Positions 1-8,426 of a stretch of DNA of 35,864 nt are shown piece after piece (within the stretch, counting starts at the first letter, position 1; every line of letters begins with the position of its first letter). A program made the position numbers and the translations under genes. The stretch spans positions 1 to 35,864 of IMG/VR virus record IMGVR_UViG_3300005533_000001, one strand, 5' to 3'. The notes under the pieces were generated by a model. That model ran no database searches and was not told the DNA's origin. It saw nothing but the letters and a program-made list of their open reading frames with translations. Origin of the DNA: a virus.

Positions 1-9
1 GCCGAACTT

Positions 10-387
10 ATGGCCAATTTCAACAAGATGCACGAAGATTCGCTGAAGGCAATTCTTGCCGAGATGCGCAAGCCGGTGGTTGATCCCATCAAAGAAGCCC
101 AGCAACAGCGCGCCGCCCAGAGTAAGCAACAGGCAGAAGACGCCTATTGGTCTGGCATGATCTTCAAGGCAGAGAATTGCCCGTCGTCCCACCTGCGCGA
201 GGATGGCAGTTCGGCTATTGCATGGGCGACGCAATCAGACGGCAAGATTCGCGGCGTTTGCCAGCACTGCAATACACTGTTCTCGCCTACGCGCAAAGAA
301 TGTGTGTCTGAGGCTGTCTGGAAGGCATACGGCGAGTTAAGGCGCATACCCTCGTCTCGCGGGAATAGTGTCATGTACATCGGCTAA
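10..387 (+). CDS. hypothetical protein (CxxxH...CxHC pairs; possible zinc ribbon)
   Basis: ATG at 10 and a 125-aa ORF. It lies in the same orientation as the structural block and may be cut by the window edge upstream. Confidence 0.45.
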   Translation: MANFNKMHEDSLKAILAEMRKPVVDPIKEAQQQRAAQSKQQAEDAYWSGMIFKAENCPSSHLREDGSSAIAWATQSDGKIRGVCQHCNTLFSPTRKECVSEAVWKAYGELRRIPSSRGNSVMYIG

Positions 388-586
388 TGCGCGATCTGCG
401 CGATACCGTGAATGCCTACTGGCTTTTGTCCCAGTTCAAGAGTCGCGCCATGACTACCAGAAACTATTGGCCGATGTGGTGCAGCGCAAAACTGCTCGAT
501 ATCGGCCATGCCATCATGGCCGTCCGCCAGCAAGAGTTTAACGAGCCTTCCGCGTAGTCCTGCAATCCCGCTAAATTGAACACTGG

Positions 587-1399
587 ATGCCGCAGATTCA
601 AATCGAGGGCGGGCAGTTTCAGAATGCACTGGGGCAACCGGTGTCGAATGGCACTTTGGTGCTCCAACTCAATGAGGACTGCCAAGTCCCTAGCGCCAAT
701 AACCAGATCGTATCGGCTGCGCCGTTAACCATTCCACTGGACGTAAATGGCAACGTAGCCGCCGCTTCCAACGTGCAAATCTGGCCGAACGCACTCATGT
801 TGCCGTCGAATAGCTACTATCAGGCGACGGTGATCGACAACACCGGCACTCAGGTATTTGCCAAGATTCAGAACTGGTATTTCACCAATACCAGTCCAAC
901 CAATCTGGGCACCATCACACAGATCAATCCGGGGGGATTAGGCGTGCCAGACGTAGTGCTCACAAATCCAAGTACCACACAAACCATCAATGGGGCCGAT
1001 CTACAACTGGACAACGGTACCTTTGATGCGTTTCGTATTGCGGCCAATCAGGGAACGGCGTTGCCGGGAGCATCGCTAATTTTAAGCGGCAGTTGGGGTA
1101 GTGGAGCCGCAGTTACCGGGGGAACCATCATCCGCGATGGGGGTGGCCGACTTCAGGTTACCTCTGGCACCGGCGCAGGCACCAATCCTACGGTCACCAT
1201 CGTTTTCGGTACTCCATGGCTGGTAGGCGTAAGCAATGAACCGCCGCTGGCGTTAATGACAAGGGTTGATACGGCAGGCCCAAGCAGCGCTTACTGGATT
1301 CAGTCGGCATCGAACGCCACACAGACTGTGCTTACATTTGTGGGTTCTCCGGCTGATACCACGAACTACTCCGTCAACATCTTATTTGTGGGAATGTAA
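587..1399 (+). CDS. tail-fibre-like virion structural protein
   Basis: 270 aa, rich in Ser/Thr/Asn/Gly/Val. The N-terminus (PQIQIEGGQF..NG.L) is typical of phage fibre or receptor-binding proteins. It is the first gene of a tightly packed + strand series. Confidence 0.55.
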   Translation: MPQIQIEGGQFQNALGQPVSNGTLVLQLNEDCQVPSANNQIVSAAPLTIPLDVNGNVAAASNVQIWPNALMLPSNSYYQATVIDNTGTQVFAKIQNWYFTNTSPTNLGTITQINPGGLGVPDVVLTNPSTTQTINGADLQLDNGTFDAFRIAANQGTALPGASLILSGSWGSGAAVTGGTIIRDGGGRLQVTSGTGAGTNPTVTIVFGTPWLVGVSNEPPLALMTRVDTAGPSSAYWIQSASNATQTVLTFVGSPADTTNYSVNILFVGM

Positions 1400-1402
1400 T
1401 CA

Positions 1403-1960
1403 ATGAATGCCGACACAGTACCGGGTGGACTAAAAAATCTCAGCATAACCAATGCTGCTACCGAAACGGCCCTCGCCACCAGCAATGGCGGCACCAATCG
1501 TGCTGCCGTGGTGGGTGCGGGCACGCTAGGCTCCTTCACTATTCCGTCTACCTTGGTGGACGGTCACCATTTTATTGTGCGCACGGAAGGTCTGATTACC
1601 GGCAACACAACCACGAATCACACTATGCGCTTGTATTGGAACTCTGGGAACAATCCAACCAGCACCAGCGTGTTTACCGGCGACAAGATTCTATTCAACA
1701 GTGGGAACATTGCGGTTAGCCAGAACACGATTAACTTCTACGTGTTCGCCGATCTGATCTGGGATTCAGTCAGTTCCAACATGAATGGTTCCACGTGGGC
1801 GCAGTTCGGCTCTAGTTTTGTACCACAGGCGGCTGCATTGAATATCCCCGTGGCCGTCCCGGCGTTGAGCAACCTGCAATTCACGGTCAGTTCGCTTTTC
1901 TCGGTCTCAAATAGCGGCAATCAGTTTGTGGTTCGCGAAATGTCGGTGGACTTACTCTAA
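1403..1960 (+). CDS. virion structural protein (fibre or baseplate-like, Thr/Asn/Ser-rich)
   Basis: 185 aa. Begins 4 nt after the upstream stop. Composition resembles 587..1399. Confidence 0.5.
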   Translation: MNADTVPGGLKNLSITNAATETALATSNGGTNRAAVVGAGTLGSFTIPSTLVDGHHFIVRTEGLITGNTTTNHTMRLYWNSGNNPTSTSVFTGDKILFNSGNIAVSQNTINFYVFADLIWDSVSSNMNGSTWAQFGSSFVPQAAALNIPVAVPALSNLQFTVSSLFSVSNSGNQFVVREMSVDLL

Positions 1961-2971
1961 ATGCCTAGCACGATTACACTACTCTCGGTGATTCAGTGGG
2001 CGCAGATTCATATCCGCAATGCCCCACTGGTAGGTGCTGGTGGCATCGCCAACGAGCCGGGTCTGTCGATCTGCAATAACGTTCTGCAAACCCTACTATC
2101 GTCGCCCAACAACTGGCGCTTTAACAAGTATTCCGTGCCCTTCTTCACCACCATCCCCTACCAGCAAGACTATGTGTGCTCCGGGGCTACGCTCCAAGTG
2201 GCGGGCAAGGGATGCGTGTTTTTGAACTCTGTAGGCTCCTCAACTCCCGGCCTAACTCAATCTGGTACGACAGTAACCGCTACATTCTCCGACTTCGCTC
2301 CTAATGGCATTCAGGGCGCGTCCCCAACCGGCACTCCTGCGTTGTTTGCCGCTGGGGATGCCGCAGTCATCACCGGCGCTGCGCAGGGAGCCTATAACGG
2401 CACATTTACGCTTACCGGTGCCCCGAACACTACCAGCGTGACCTATACGACCACTGGCGGGCTATCGAATGATGGTGGGCAGGGGCTTGCGAACATCGGC
2501 TGGATGGAGCGTGCCACATTACAGGACTTCCTCTCCACCGCGACCGTGAAGCCGGTACATGATATCGAAGTGGTTTCCGGCCTAACTATGGAGTCAATCA
2601 TTCAGCCGCCGATCAAGGTGTGCTTCTTGGTAGAAGACATCAATACCTCAGTGACCCCACCATTGACCAATGTGACATTCCGCTTCTGGCCTATACCGTC
2701 ATCACAGATTTGGGGTGCATATCTTTACTATCAAGGCAAGTCGCCAATCAAGACGGCACTGACAAATAACTGGAGTCCATGGCCGGATGAACTAGGGTAC
2801 GTGCTGCGCAGCGGCGTAAAGGCAGCGGCATATGATTACTTTGAAGACCCGCGCATGCCCATGGCCGAACAGAAATGGCAAATTGACATCCAGAAAGCGT
2901 TAGATATAAAACAGCAAGAGCTGAGGGCTGAGGCGTACTTTCCAGACTTGCCGATTCAGCGTGGGGGATAA
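1961..2971 (+). CDS. virion structural protein (fibre or tail-associated)
   Basis: 336 aa. ATG immediately follows the upstream TAA. Gly/Thr/Ala-rich beta-type composition. Confidence 0.55.
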   Translation: MPSTITLLSVIQWAQIHIRNAPLVGAGGIANEPGLSICNNVLQTLLSSPNNWRFNKYSVPFFTTIPYQQDYVCSGATLQVAGKGCVFLNSVGSSTPGLTQSGTTVTATFSDFAPNGIQGASPTGTPALFAAGDAAVITGAAQGAYNGTFTLTGAPNTTSVTYTTTGGLSNDGGQGLANIGWMERATLQDFLSTATVKPVHDIEVVSGLTMESIIQPPIKVCFLVEDINTSVTPPLTNVTFRFWPIPSSQIWGAYLYYQGKSPIKTALTNNWSPWPDELGYVLRSGVKAAAYDYFEDPRMPMAEQKWQIDIQKALDIKQQELRAEAYFPDLPIQRGG

Positions 2972-3037
2972 GTAGTTGGTATTACAGTAGTTAACATCTA
3001 CTAACATTTTATCTTGTTGTTGTATTACACTTTGGAT

Positions 3038-3631
3038 ATGCGCAAACCAAAGCCAAAGCATATTCAAATTCCACTAGAATTAGAAACAGCCCTCGACAAA
3101 GAACGCGCAGCCAATCAGCGCTGGCGCGATTCCCATAAAGAACACATCGCCGAATATAATCGGCAGTACCACGCAGCCCACAAAGCCAAGCGCTCTGCGG
3201 ACAACAAGCGATGGAGAGAAGAAAATAAATGGAGACGTAGGCGCTATCAACGCGAATGGAATCTTGCCAATGCTGCCCATCGGCAAGAATTGAATGCGCG
3301 GTGGGGCGAGAGGCATCCGCGTTATCGTCCAGATTACAAACTGAAGTACAACTACGGCATCACGCTCGAACAGTATGAAAAAATGTTTCAGGCGCAGGAT
3401 GGGAAGTGCGCCATTTGTCCGAACCGGGCACCGGAGAGTGGGCGCGTGCGCCGCCTGCATGTTGACCACGATCACAAATGCTGTCCGGGTAACCGCGCTT
3501 GCGGCAAGTGCGTGCGCGGCCTATTGTGTTCGCGTTGCAACTTGGTCATCGGAAGCGTGGAGGAAAATATGGAGCTATTGATCCAGATGATCGAATACAT
3601 CCGTGCACATACTTCCCCAACTCCCCAATAA
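3038..3631 (+). CDS. Endonuclease VII family (HNH-like) nuclease with N-terminal basic/charged extension
   Basis: C-terminal GITLEQYEKMFQAQDGKCAICPN...LHVDHDHKCCPGNRACGKCVRGLLCSRCNLVIG matches the recombination endonuclease VII signature (CxxC, HVDHDH, GLLCxxCN). The real start is ATG 3038; the track's 3014 is a TTG. The N-terminal 100 aa are Lys/Arg/Glu-rich. Confidence 0.8.
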   Translation: MRKPKPKHIQIPLELETALDKERAANQRWRDSHKEHIAEYNRQYHAAHKAKRSADNKRWREENKWRRRRYQREWNLANAAHRQELNARWGERHPRYRPDYKLKYNYGITLEQYEKMFQAQDGKCAICPNRAPESGRVRRLHVDHDHKCCPGNRACGKCVRGLLCSRCNLVIGSVEENMELLIQMIEYIRAHTSPTPQ

Positions 3632-3639
3632 TGTAGTTC

Positions 3640-6063
3640 GTGCCTTATTTAAGCGAATTTCCGAATCTGGCGATTGGTCGCTGGTACACGGGCTGGGTGA
3701 CCCTTCGTAATCAATTAGTTACCCCGATTCGCTTGGTGGGCCGCCGCATCATCGAACTTTACGATGCGCTCCTAGCGGGCAACGATCTGGAAATCACTCC
3801 GCGCCTGACGCTGATGCGCCGCCCCGGCTACCTCTCTTACTTTAATAGCCAACTCAATGGAGCAATGCTTAGTGTCTATAGCTGGCGCACGGCGAGTCAG
3901 GGCGTGTACCAGATTTTCGATACTACGGTTGACGTTGAATATGTCGCTCCCGGCGTTTCGGCACCGGTGGTAATTTTCACCAAGCCAAAAACGGCGCTAT
4001 ACCAGCGCGCATTCTTCTTTGGCGTAGGCAATTATCTATTTGGGAGCGGACAGGGATTCTCCTTTAAGTGGGACGGCGGAAGTCCGCAAGGGGTAACCAA
4101 CTGGGGGATTGCGAACACATCCGGCAGTTCCAGTGGTTCGGCGGGCGCGGGAGCCAATGGCCATGCAAGCGCATTGGCGTCATGGTCAAATCCCAACAAT
4201 GTTACGTCAACTACCCAATATGCCAGCGTGGCGCTTACCTCCTATCCCACCATACATTGTCAATCGAATACGCTGCTGGCTACTCAATTTGGCCTCGCTG
4301 CCTCTGGTCACATCACTGGTGTACAGATCAGCTTTACAGCGTACTGCACGGGTGGCGGCAATACCCAACTCGATGTAAGTCCGGCACTTTCCGGCTATGG
4401 CTTTGGCAACGAGAAGCAACTATTTCTTGGGGTCACCCCGCTTACTTATGTGCTTGGCGGTTCTTCTGACCTATGGGGTTTTAACAACTGGAGTAATACG
4501 TTAGTAAACGGTTCCACCTTTGGAGCGGCGATATCGGCATTCAACGGAGACAGCAACACCGGCAAGACTGTATTTGTCGATAATGTACAGATCACGGTCT
4601 TCACTGGCAATGTTCCCACGGTAAGTCCAACCGGCAGTGGTTCGCTCACCACGGTCAATGGGTGGTCATATGTGCAGGCATTCGGCAACTCTTCTAGCGG
4701 CGAAGTATCAAATGCCAGCTTGTCATCAGCGAACACCGGGCCATTTACCAATCAGGCAGGCGTCACGGTCAACCTTACTGCATCAACTGACCCTCAAGTG
4801 AACCAAATCCACGTGTATCGCACCACGGATTCGGGTGGCGGAGCTATCTTTTACGAGCTACCTACATCCCCTTATCCAAATACTACTGGGCCAATCACTG
4901 ATACCTCCCCAGATACAGCGCTGAATGTCAGGAGCATCGCGGCCACAGATTTACAAAACACCCCACCGCCAAGCAACCTAGTCGCCATGGAATGGTTCGC
5001 CGGTCGCATGTGGGGCGCGGTTGGCAACCTGCTATATGCTTCTACCGGCCCGGATTCACTCAGCGGCTTACAACCATCCAACTGGAACCCAGCCTATGTG
5101 TGGGTGCTGCCTACTGCTATCCAGAAGTTAGTAGCCACCCCGAATGGAATGCTGGTCATGTGTCTAGATGACTGCTACGTCGTGCGCGGTACGGCCACAA
5201 TCAACTTCACGGTTAACGAATTCCTGCGCGATATGGGTACCCGCAGCTACAATGCGGTGGATACTGACGGGTCAAATATCTATGTCTTCACGTCAGACCG
5301 CCAGTTCCTTCAGGTAGCCGCGAACGGAATCAATGATATCGGTCAGAACATCGGTGACCAACTTCTCAATGTAGACCCCACGCAGTGTTATGTAAGCGTG
5401 TACCGCTATGGTCTGGATTCGATGCTGTTCTTATTGGATACCGTGAATGGGGTTCTGTATCCCTATAACCTAAACCAACAATGCTGGAGTCTACCGGCGC
5501 TGCTAAAGTTGGGTGCCAAGCCCACCGCCGCAGGTACCATGGAAGTCTCGCCCGGAGTATGGAAGTATCTGGTAGGCGCAGGCACACAAGTCGGCCAGCG
5601 CGACCTGAATACGTTCTCTGATCTGGGCTATGACTATTACCCACAAGCGGTGATTGGCACCATTCAGGTGGCGGATGCTTTGTCGCTGGCCAAGGTAGAG
5701 AACATCAACCTGCAACTTACGAATGTAGGATCACTACCATCGCTTTCCATTCTGGCCAATGATACCGGCGTAGTATTGAGCAACCCAGTGACGAGCCAGA
5801 TCACGCTGTCAGATTTTAGCCAGATCACGGGGCCGGGAATTCCGCTGGTTGAGCCTCCAACTTACGCCGAAACCCCGGTGAATTTCATCAACGTTCGCTA
5901 TCCATGGGGAGTGACGAAAGTGCCCCAACAGTTGCAATATCTACAATTGCTTTTGCAGTGGAATGTGCAAGAGGCCGTACAGAATGAACTGCTCGCGCTA
6001 GGCATCAGCGGCAAACAGGAAGGCGGCCCACAAACACAACTACCGCAGCTTGAGGGAATTTAA
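3640..6063 (+). CDS. large virion structural protein (tail tube or adsorption apparatus-like)
   Basis: 807 aa. Extensive Gly/Ser/Thr/Asn beta-rich regions. Sits in the structural operon. Confidence 0.55.
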   Translation: MPYLSEFPNLAIGRWYTGWVTLRNQLVTPIRLVGRRIIELYDALLAGNDLEITPRLTLMRRPGYLSYFNSQLNGAMLSVYSWRTASQGVYQIFDTTVDVEYVAPGVSAPVVIFTKPKTALYQRAFFFGVGNYLFGSGQGFSFKWDGGSPQGVTNWGIANTSGSSSGSAGAGANGHASALASWSNPNNVTSTTQYASVALTSYPTIHCQSNTLLATQFGLAASGHITGVQISFTAYCTGGGNTQLDVSPALSGYGFGNEKQLFLGVTPLTYVLGGSSDLWGFNNWSNTLVNGSTFGAAISAFNGDSNTGKTVFVDNVQITVFTGNVPTVSPTGSGSLTTVNGWSYVQAFGNSSSGEVSNASLSSANTGPFTNQAGVTVNLTASTDPQVNQIHVYRTTDSGGGAIFYELPTSPYPNTTGPITDTSPDTALNVRSIAATDLQNTPPPSNLVAMEWFAGRMWGAVGNLLYASTGPDSLSGLQPSNWNPAYVWVLPTAIQKLVATPNGMLVMCLDDCYVVRGTATINFTVNEFLRDMGTRSYNAVDTDGSNIYVFTSDRQFLQVAANGINDIGQNIGDQLLNVDPTQCYVSVYRYGLDSMLFLLDTVNGVLYPYNLNQQCWSLPALLKLGAKPTAAGTMEVSPGVWKYLVGAGTQVGQRDLNTFSDLGYDYYPQAVIGTIQVADALSLAKVENINLQLTNVGSLPSLSILANDTGVVLSNPVTSQITLSDFSQITGPGIPLVEPPTYAETPVNFINVRYPWGVTKVPQQLQYLQLLLQWNVQEAVQNELLALGISGKQEGGPQTQLPQLEGI

Positions 6064-6707
6064 TGCCGAAGCCACCACAGACAATTATCATTCAGCCTCC
6101 GCAGCGGATAACCAGCCAACAGGCTCCCAATGTGACGCCAGCGCGTAGCTACGCTTCACCGATGGATGTCTATGAAGACGAAGTTGGGTTCGATTCTCCG
6201 TTCTCTTATCTATCCACCGGCACGCGACGCATTATGTGGCAGATACCAGATATCGCGATCACCCACACGCCGCTTTCGAGTGTGCTTACATCGGCCTCGC
6301 AGTCGGCAGATTTTACGCAGGCGCAAATTATAGGCGGCGGCATTCCTGCCACCACAAATGCGCCTGCATCCGGTTGGTCAGTAGTACCCAACATGGAAGC
6401 GACAATTATTGTGAACGGGCCAGCGCAGATCACTGCTAGTCTGATCGTCCAATCAAACGTTGCGAATGATACCATCTCGTTTGCCGTGTATCGCGCCGGT
6501 AAGCAGATTACTCCGGCATATCAGCAGACCACCTCAAATGCGAATACTCCTACATTCGTGCAAATCTCTACCGTCGATAACACATTGCTGGTACATAGCC
6601 CACTGAATCGCGAGGTGTATCAGTTGTATTGGAAGGCTGGAAGCGGCGCATTGACGACCACAAATAACCAGCGTACATTCTATGTAACCAATCTAGTCCC
6701 GGCATGA
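6063..6707 (+). CDS. virion structural protein
   Basis: 214 aa. TAATG overlap with the upstream gene. Thr/Ser/Asn-rich. Confidence 0.5.
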   Translation: MPKPPQTIIIQPPQRITSQQAPNVTPARSYASPMDVYEDEVGFDSPFSYLSTGTRRIMWQIPDIAITHTPLSSVLTSASQSADFTQAQIIGGGIPATTNAPASGWSVVPNMEATIIVNGPAQITASLIVQSNVANDTISFAVYRAGKQITPAYQQTTSNANTPTFVQISTVDNTLLVHSPLNREVYQLYWKAGSGALTTTNNQRTFYVTNLVPA

Positions 6708-7150
6708 TATGGAAACGGCAAATCACCGAAGCGGATCATGAACATCTGGCAAAAGAAATTGCCCACGATCCCGCGCATCGCGATTGGATGACAACTGCCT
6801 TTTTCCACGAACCACACACTGCGAACAACGTATTCGGCGACGATCAGGGGCCGGTGCTTTACCTGCGCGCCATGAGCGTCATGCGCCTGCACATTCAGTT
6901 CTGCGACGTGGATAAAGAGCGCATCCGGCGCGTTCTCAATACGCAGTTCCCGCTACTAAAGCTGCGCTGCAAGAAGCTGGGATACCGGCAGATCATCTTC
7001 GATTCTGTATCGAAAGGTCTGGTTCTATTCTGCCGACGCTACCTTGGTTTCCGACCTTCCCGAGATGAATATGTCCTTTGGTTAGACCCCATTCCGACGA
7101 CTCCCGCCACTTCGGTAAACTCCGATCTGTGCGGATCACCACAAAAATAA
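6704..7150 (+). CDS. hypothetical protein (possible GNAT-like fold)
   Basis: 148 aa. ATGA overlap with the upstream gene. The C-terminus LGYRQIIFDSVSKGLVLFCRRYLGF weakly resembles acetyltransferases. Confidence 0.45.
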   Translation: MIWKRQITEADHEHLAKEIAHDPAHRDWMTTAFFHEPHTANNVFGDDQGPVLYLRAMSVMRLHIQFCDVDKERIRRVLNTQFPLLKLRCKKLGYRQIIFDSVSKGLVLFCRRYLGFRPSRDEYVLWLDPIPTTPATSVNSDLCGSPQK

Positions 7151-8016
7151 CGTGGGACATTGAAACGTGGGCCGTCTTAGAGCATGAATTCTATACTTAC
7201 CCCGATAATGCTCCTATTGCTCTGGCTTGCGGGCCAAGCCAAGCAGAAACCGACGCGGCGAATCAGGCCGCTAGTGAAGCGAACACGCTCCAAAATGACT
7301 TTCAGCAGCAATTCGGCGAACAGCAGGGCTTCGTCAATCAATTCCTGATTCCTACATTGCAGCAGCAATACCAAGACCCACAAGGTTTTGGCCCGCAGTT
7401 GATCGACTCCTTGGAGGCTAACTTAGTTAACACTTCCGGCGTGCAGGCTTTGAATGCCAAGCAGGCCATCCAATCAAGTTTTGGCACCGCCAATATGGCC
7501 GGTCTTCCGTCTGGCGTACAGCAGGTTGCACTCGCCCAGAACGCCTCTACGGCGGCGCAAAGCGTAGCGCAGGGAACCAACCAAATCGGAGTTGCCAGCG
7601 GCGAAGCTGCGATGGCCCAAAAGGCGGCGGCGCTATCTGGCTTGCAACAAATTCCGCAGACCATGGGCTTGTCTCCGCAAACTGGCAATCAAATGCTCAG
7701 TGCGAATCAGCAAGCATTTAATCAAGCTAACATCGTCAACCAGCAAAGTAACTGGGGCGGTCAGTTGGGTATGGGAATATTGGGCGGCTTAGTGAATGCC
7801 GGTATGGGCGTTCTAACTGGCGGCCTAAGCACGGCAATGGGCATGGGCGGAATGCTTGGAGGCGGCGGCATGCTTGGCGGCTTGCTGGGTGGTGCTAATA
7901 CAGGCGGCGGCATGAGTGATTCGGCAATGGCCGCAATGGATTCTGGAAGTGATGTTGTGCCAATTGGCGGCGGCGGATTAAGCAGCGGTAACACATCTGT
8001 TTTGGGGCCGCTCTAA
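7078..8016 (+). CDS. low-complexity virion protein (Gln-rich N-terminus, Gly/Met-rich C-terminus), internal or ejection-protein-like
   Basis: 312 aa. Contains GMGILGG..GMGGMLGGGGMLGGLLGG repeats. The only start available is TTG 7078, which overlaps the upstream ORF by 73 nt in the -1 frame. The first in-frame ATG is about 140 codons in. Confidence 0.45.
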   Translation: MVRPHSDDSRHFGKLRSVRITTKITWDIETWAVLEHEFYTYPDNAPIALACGPSQAETDAANQAASEANTLQNDFQQQFGEQQGFVNQFLIPTLQQQYQDPQGFGPQLIDSLEANLVNTSGVQALNAKQAIQSSFGTANMAGLPSGVQQVALAQNASTAAQSVAQGTNQIGVASGEAAMAQKAAALSGLQQIPQTMGLSPQTGNQMLSANQQAFNQANIVNQQSNWGGQLGMGILGGLVNAGMGVLTGGLSTAMGMGGMLGGGGMLGGLLGGANTGGGMSDSAMAAMDSGSDVVPIGGGGLSSGNTSVLGPL

Positions 8017-8017
8017 A

Positions 8018-8425
8018 ATGGAACTAACTCGCTCACATATCGCGCCAAAGGTTAGCCGCATTGAGGCATTAGCCGATGCCCTGCATTTTTATAACGGGGC
8101 CAACCGTCCAATTGACCCAGCTTACTTCGCCAGAAATCCACTACGGCTTCAGGTATTCACCGGCAATGGTCAAGCAACGGGCAAGCTGCGTCATTTCTCT
8201 TCGCACCACAGTGGATTTCAGGCGGCGCTATTCGATCTGCGCATCAAGTGCTCTGGCAAATCGCGGGCCAAGTTGGACAATGGAAACTTCACGCTGACTG
8301 GGTTAGTTGAATCGTACAACCTGAATGCGATCACAGCCAAACCGGTAGCCCGATTTCTGCGCCAAGCGTTGGGTGATGATTCAATTACTGAAAACACGCC
8401 ACTCGACTATTTTTTGAAGGACTAA
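8018..8425 (+). CDS. hypothetical virion-associated protein
   Basis: 135 aa. ATG lies 2 nt after the upstream stop. Confidence 0.5.
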   Translation: MELTRSHIAPKVSRIEALADALHFYNGANRPIDPAYFARNPLRLQVFTGNGQATGKLRHFSSHHSGFQAALFDLRIKCSGKSRAKLDNGNFTLTGLVESYNLNAITAKPVARFLRQALGDDSITENTPLDYFLKD

Positions 8426-8426
8426 T

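Noticed and set aside
384-685. Minus-strand ORFs 384..629 and 464..685 in the gap before the first tail-fibre gene
   Set aside because: They are antisense within a + strand structural operon, have no RBS, and look like a random Ala/Gly-rich translation.
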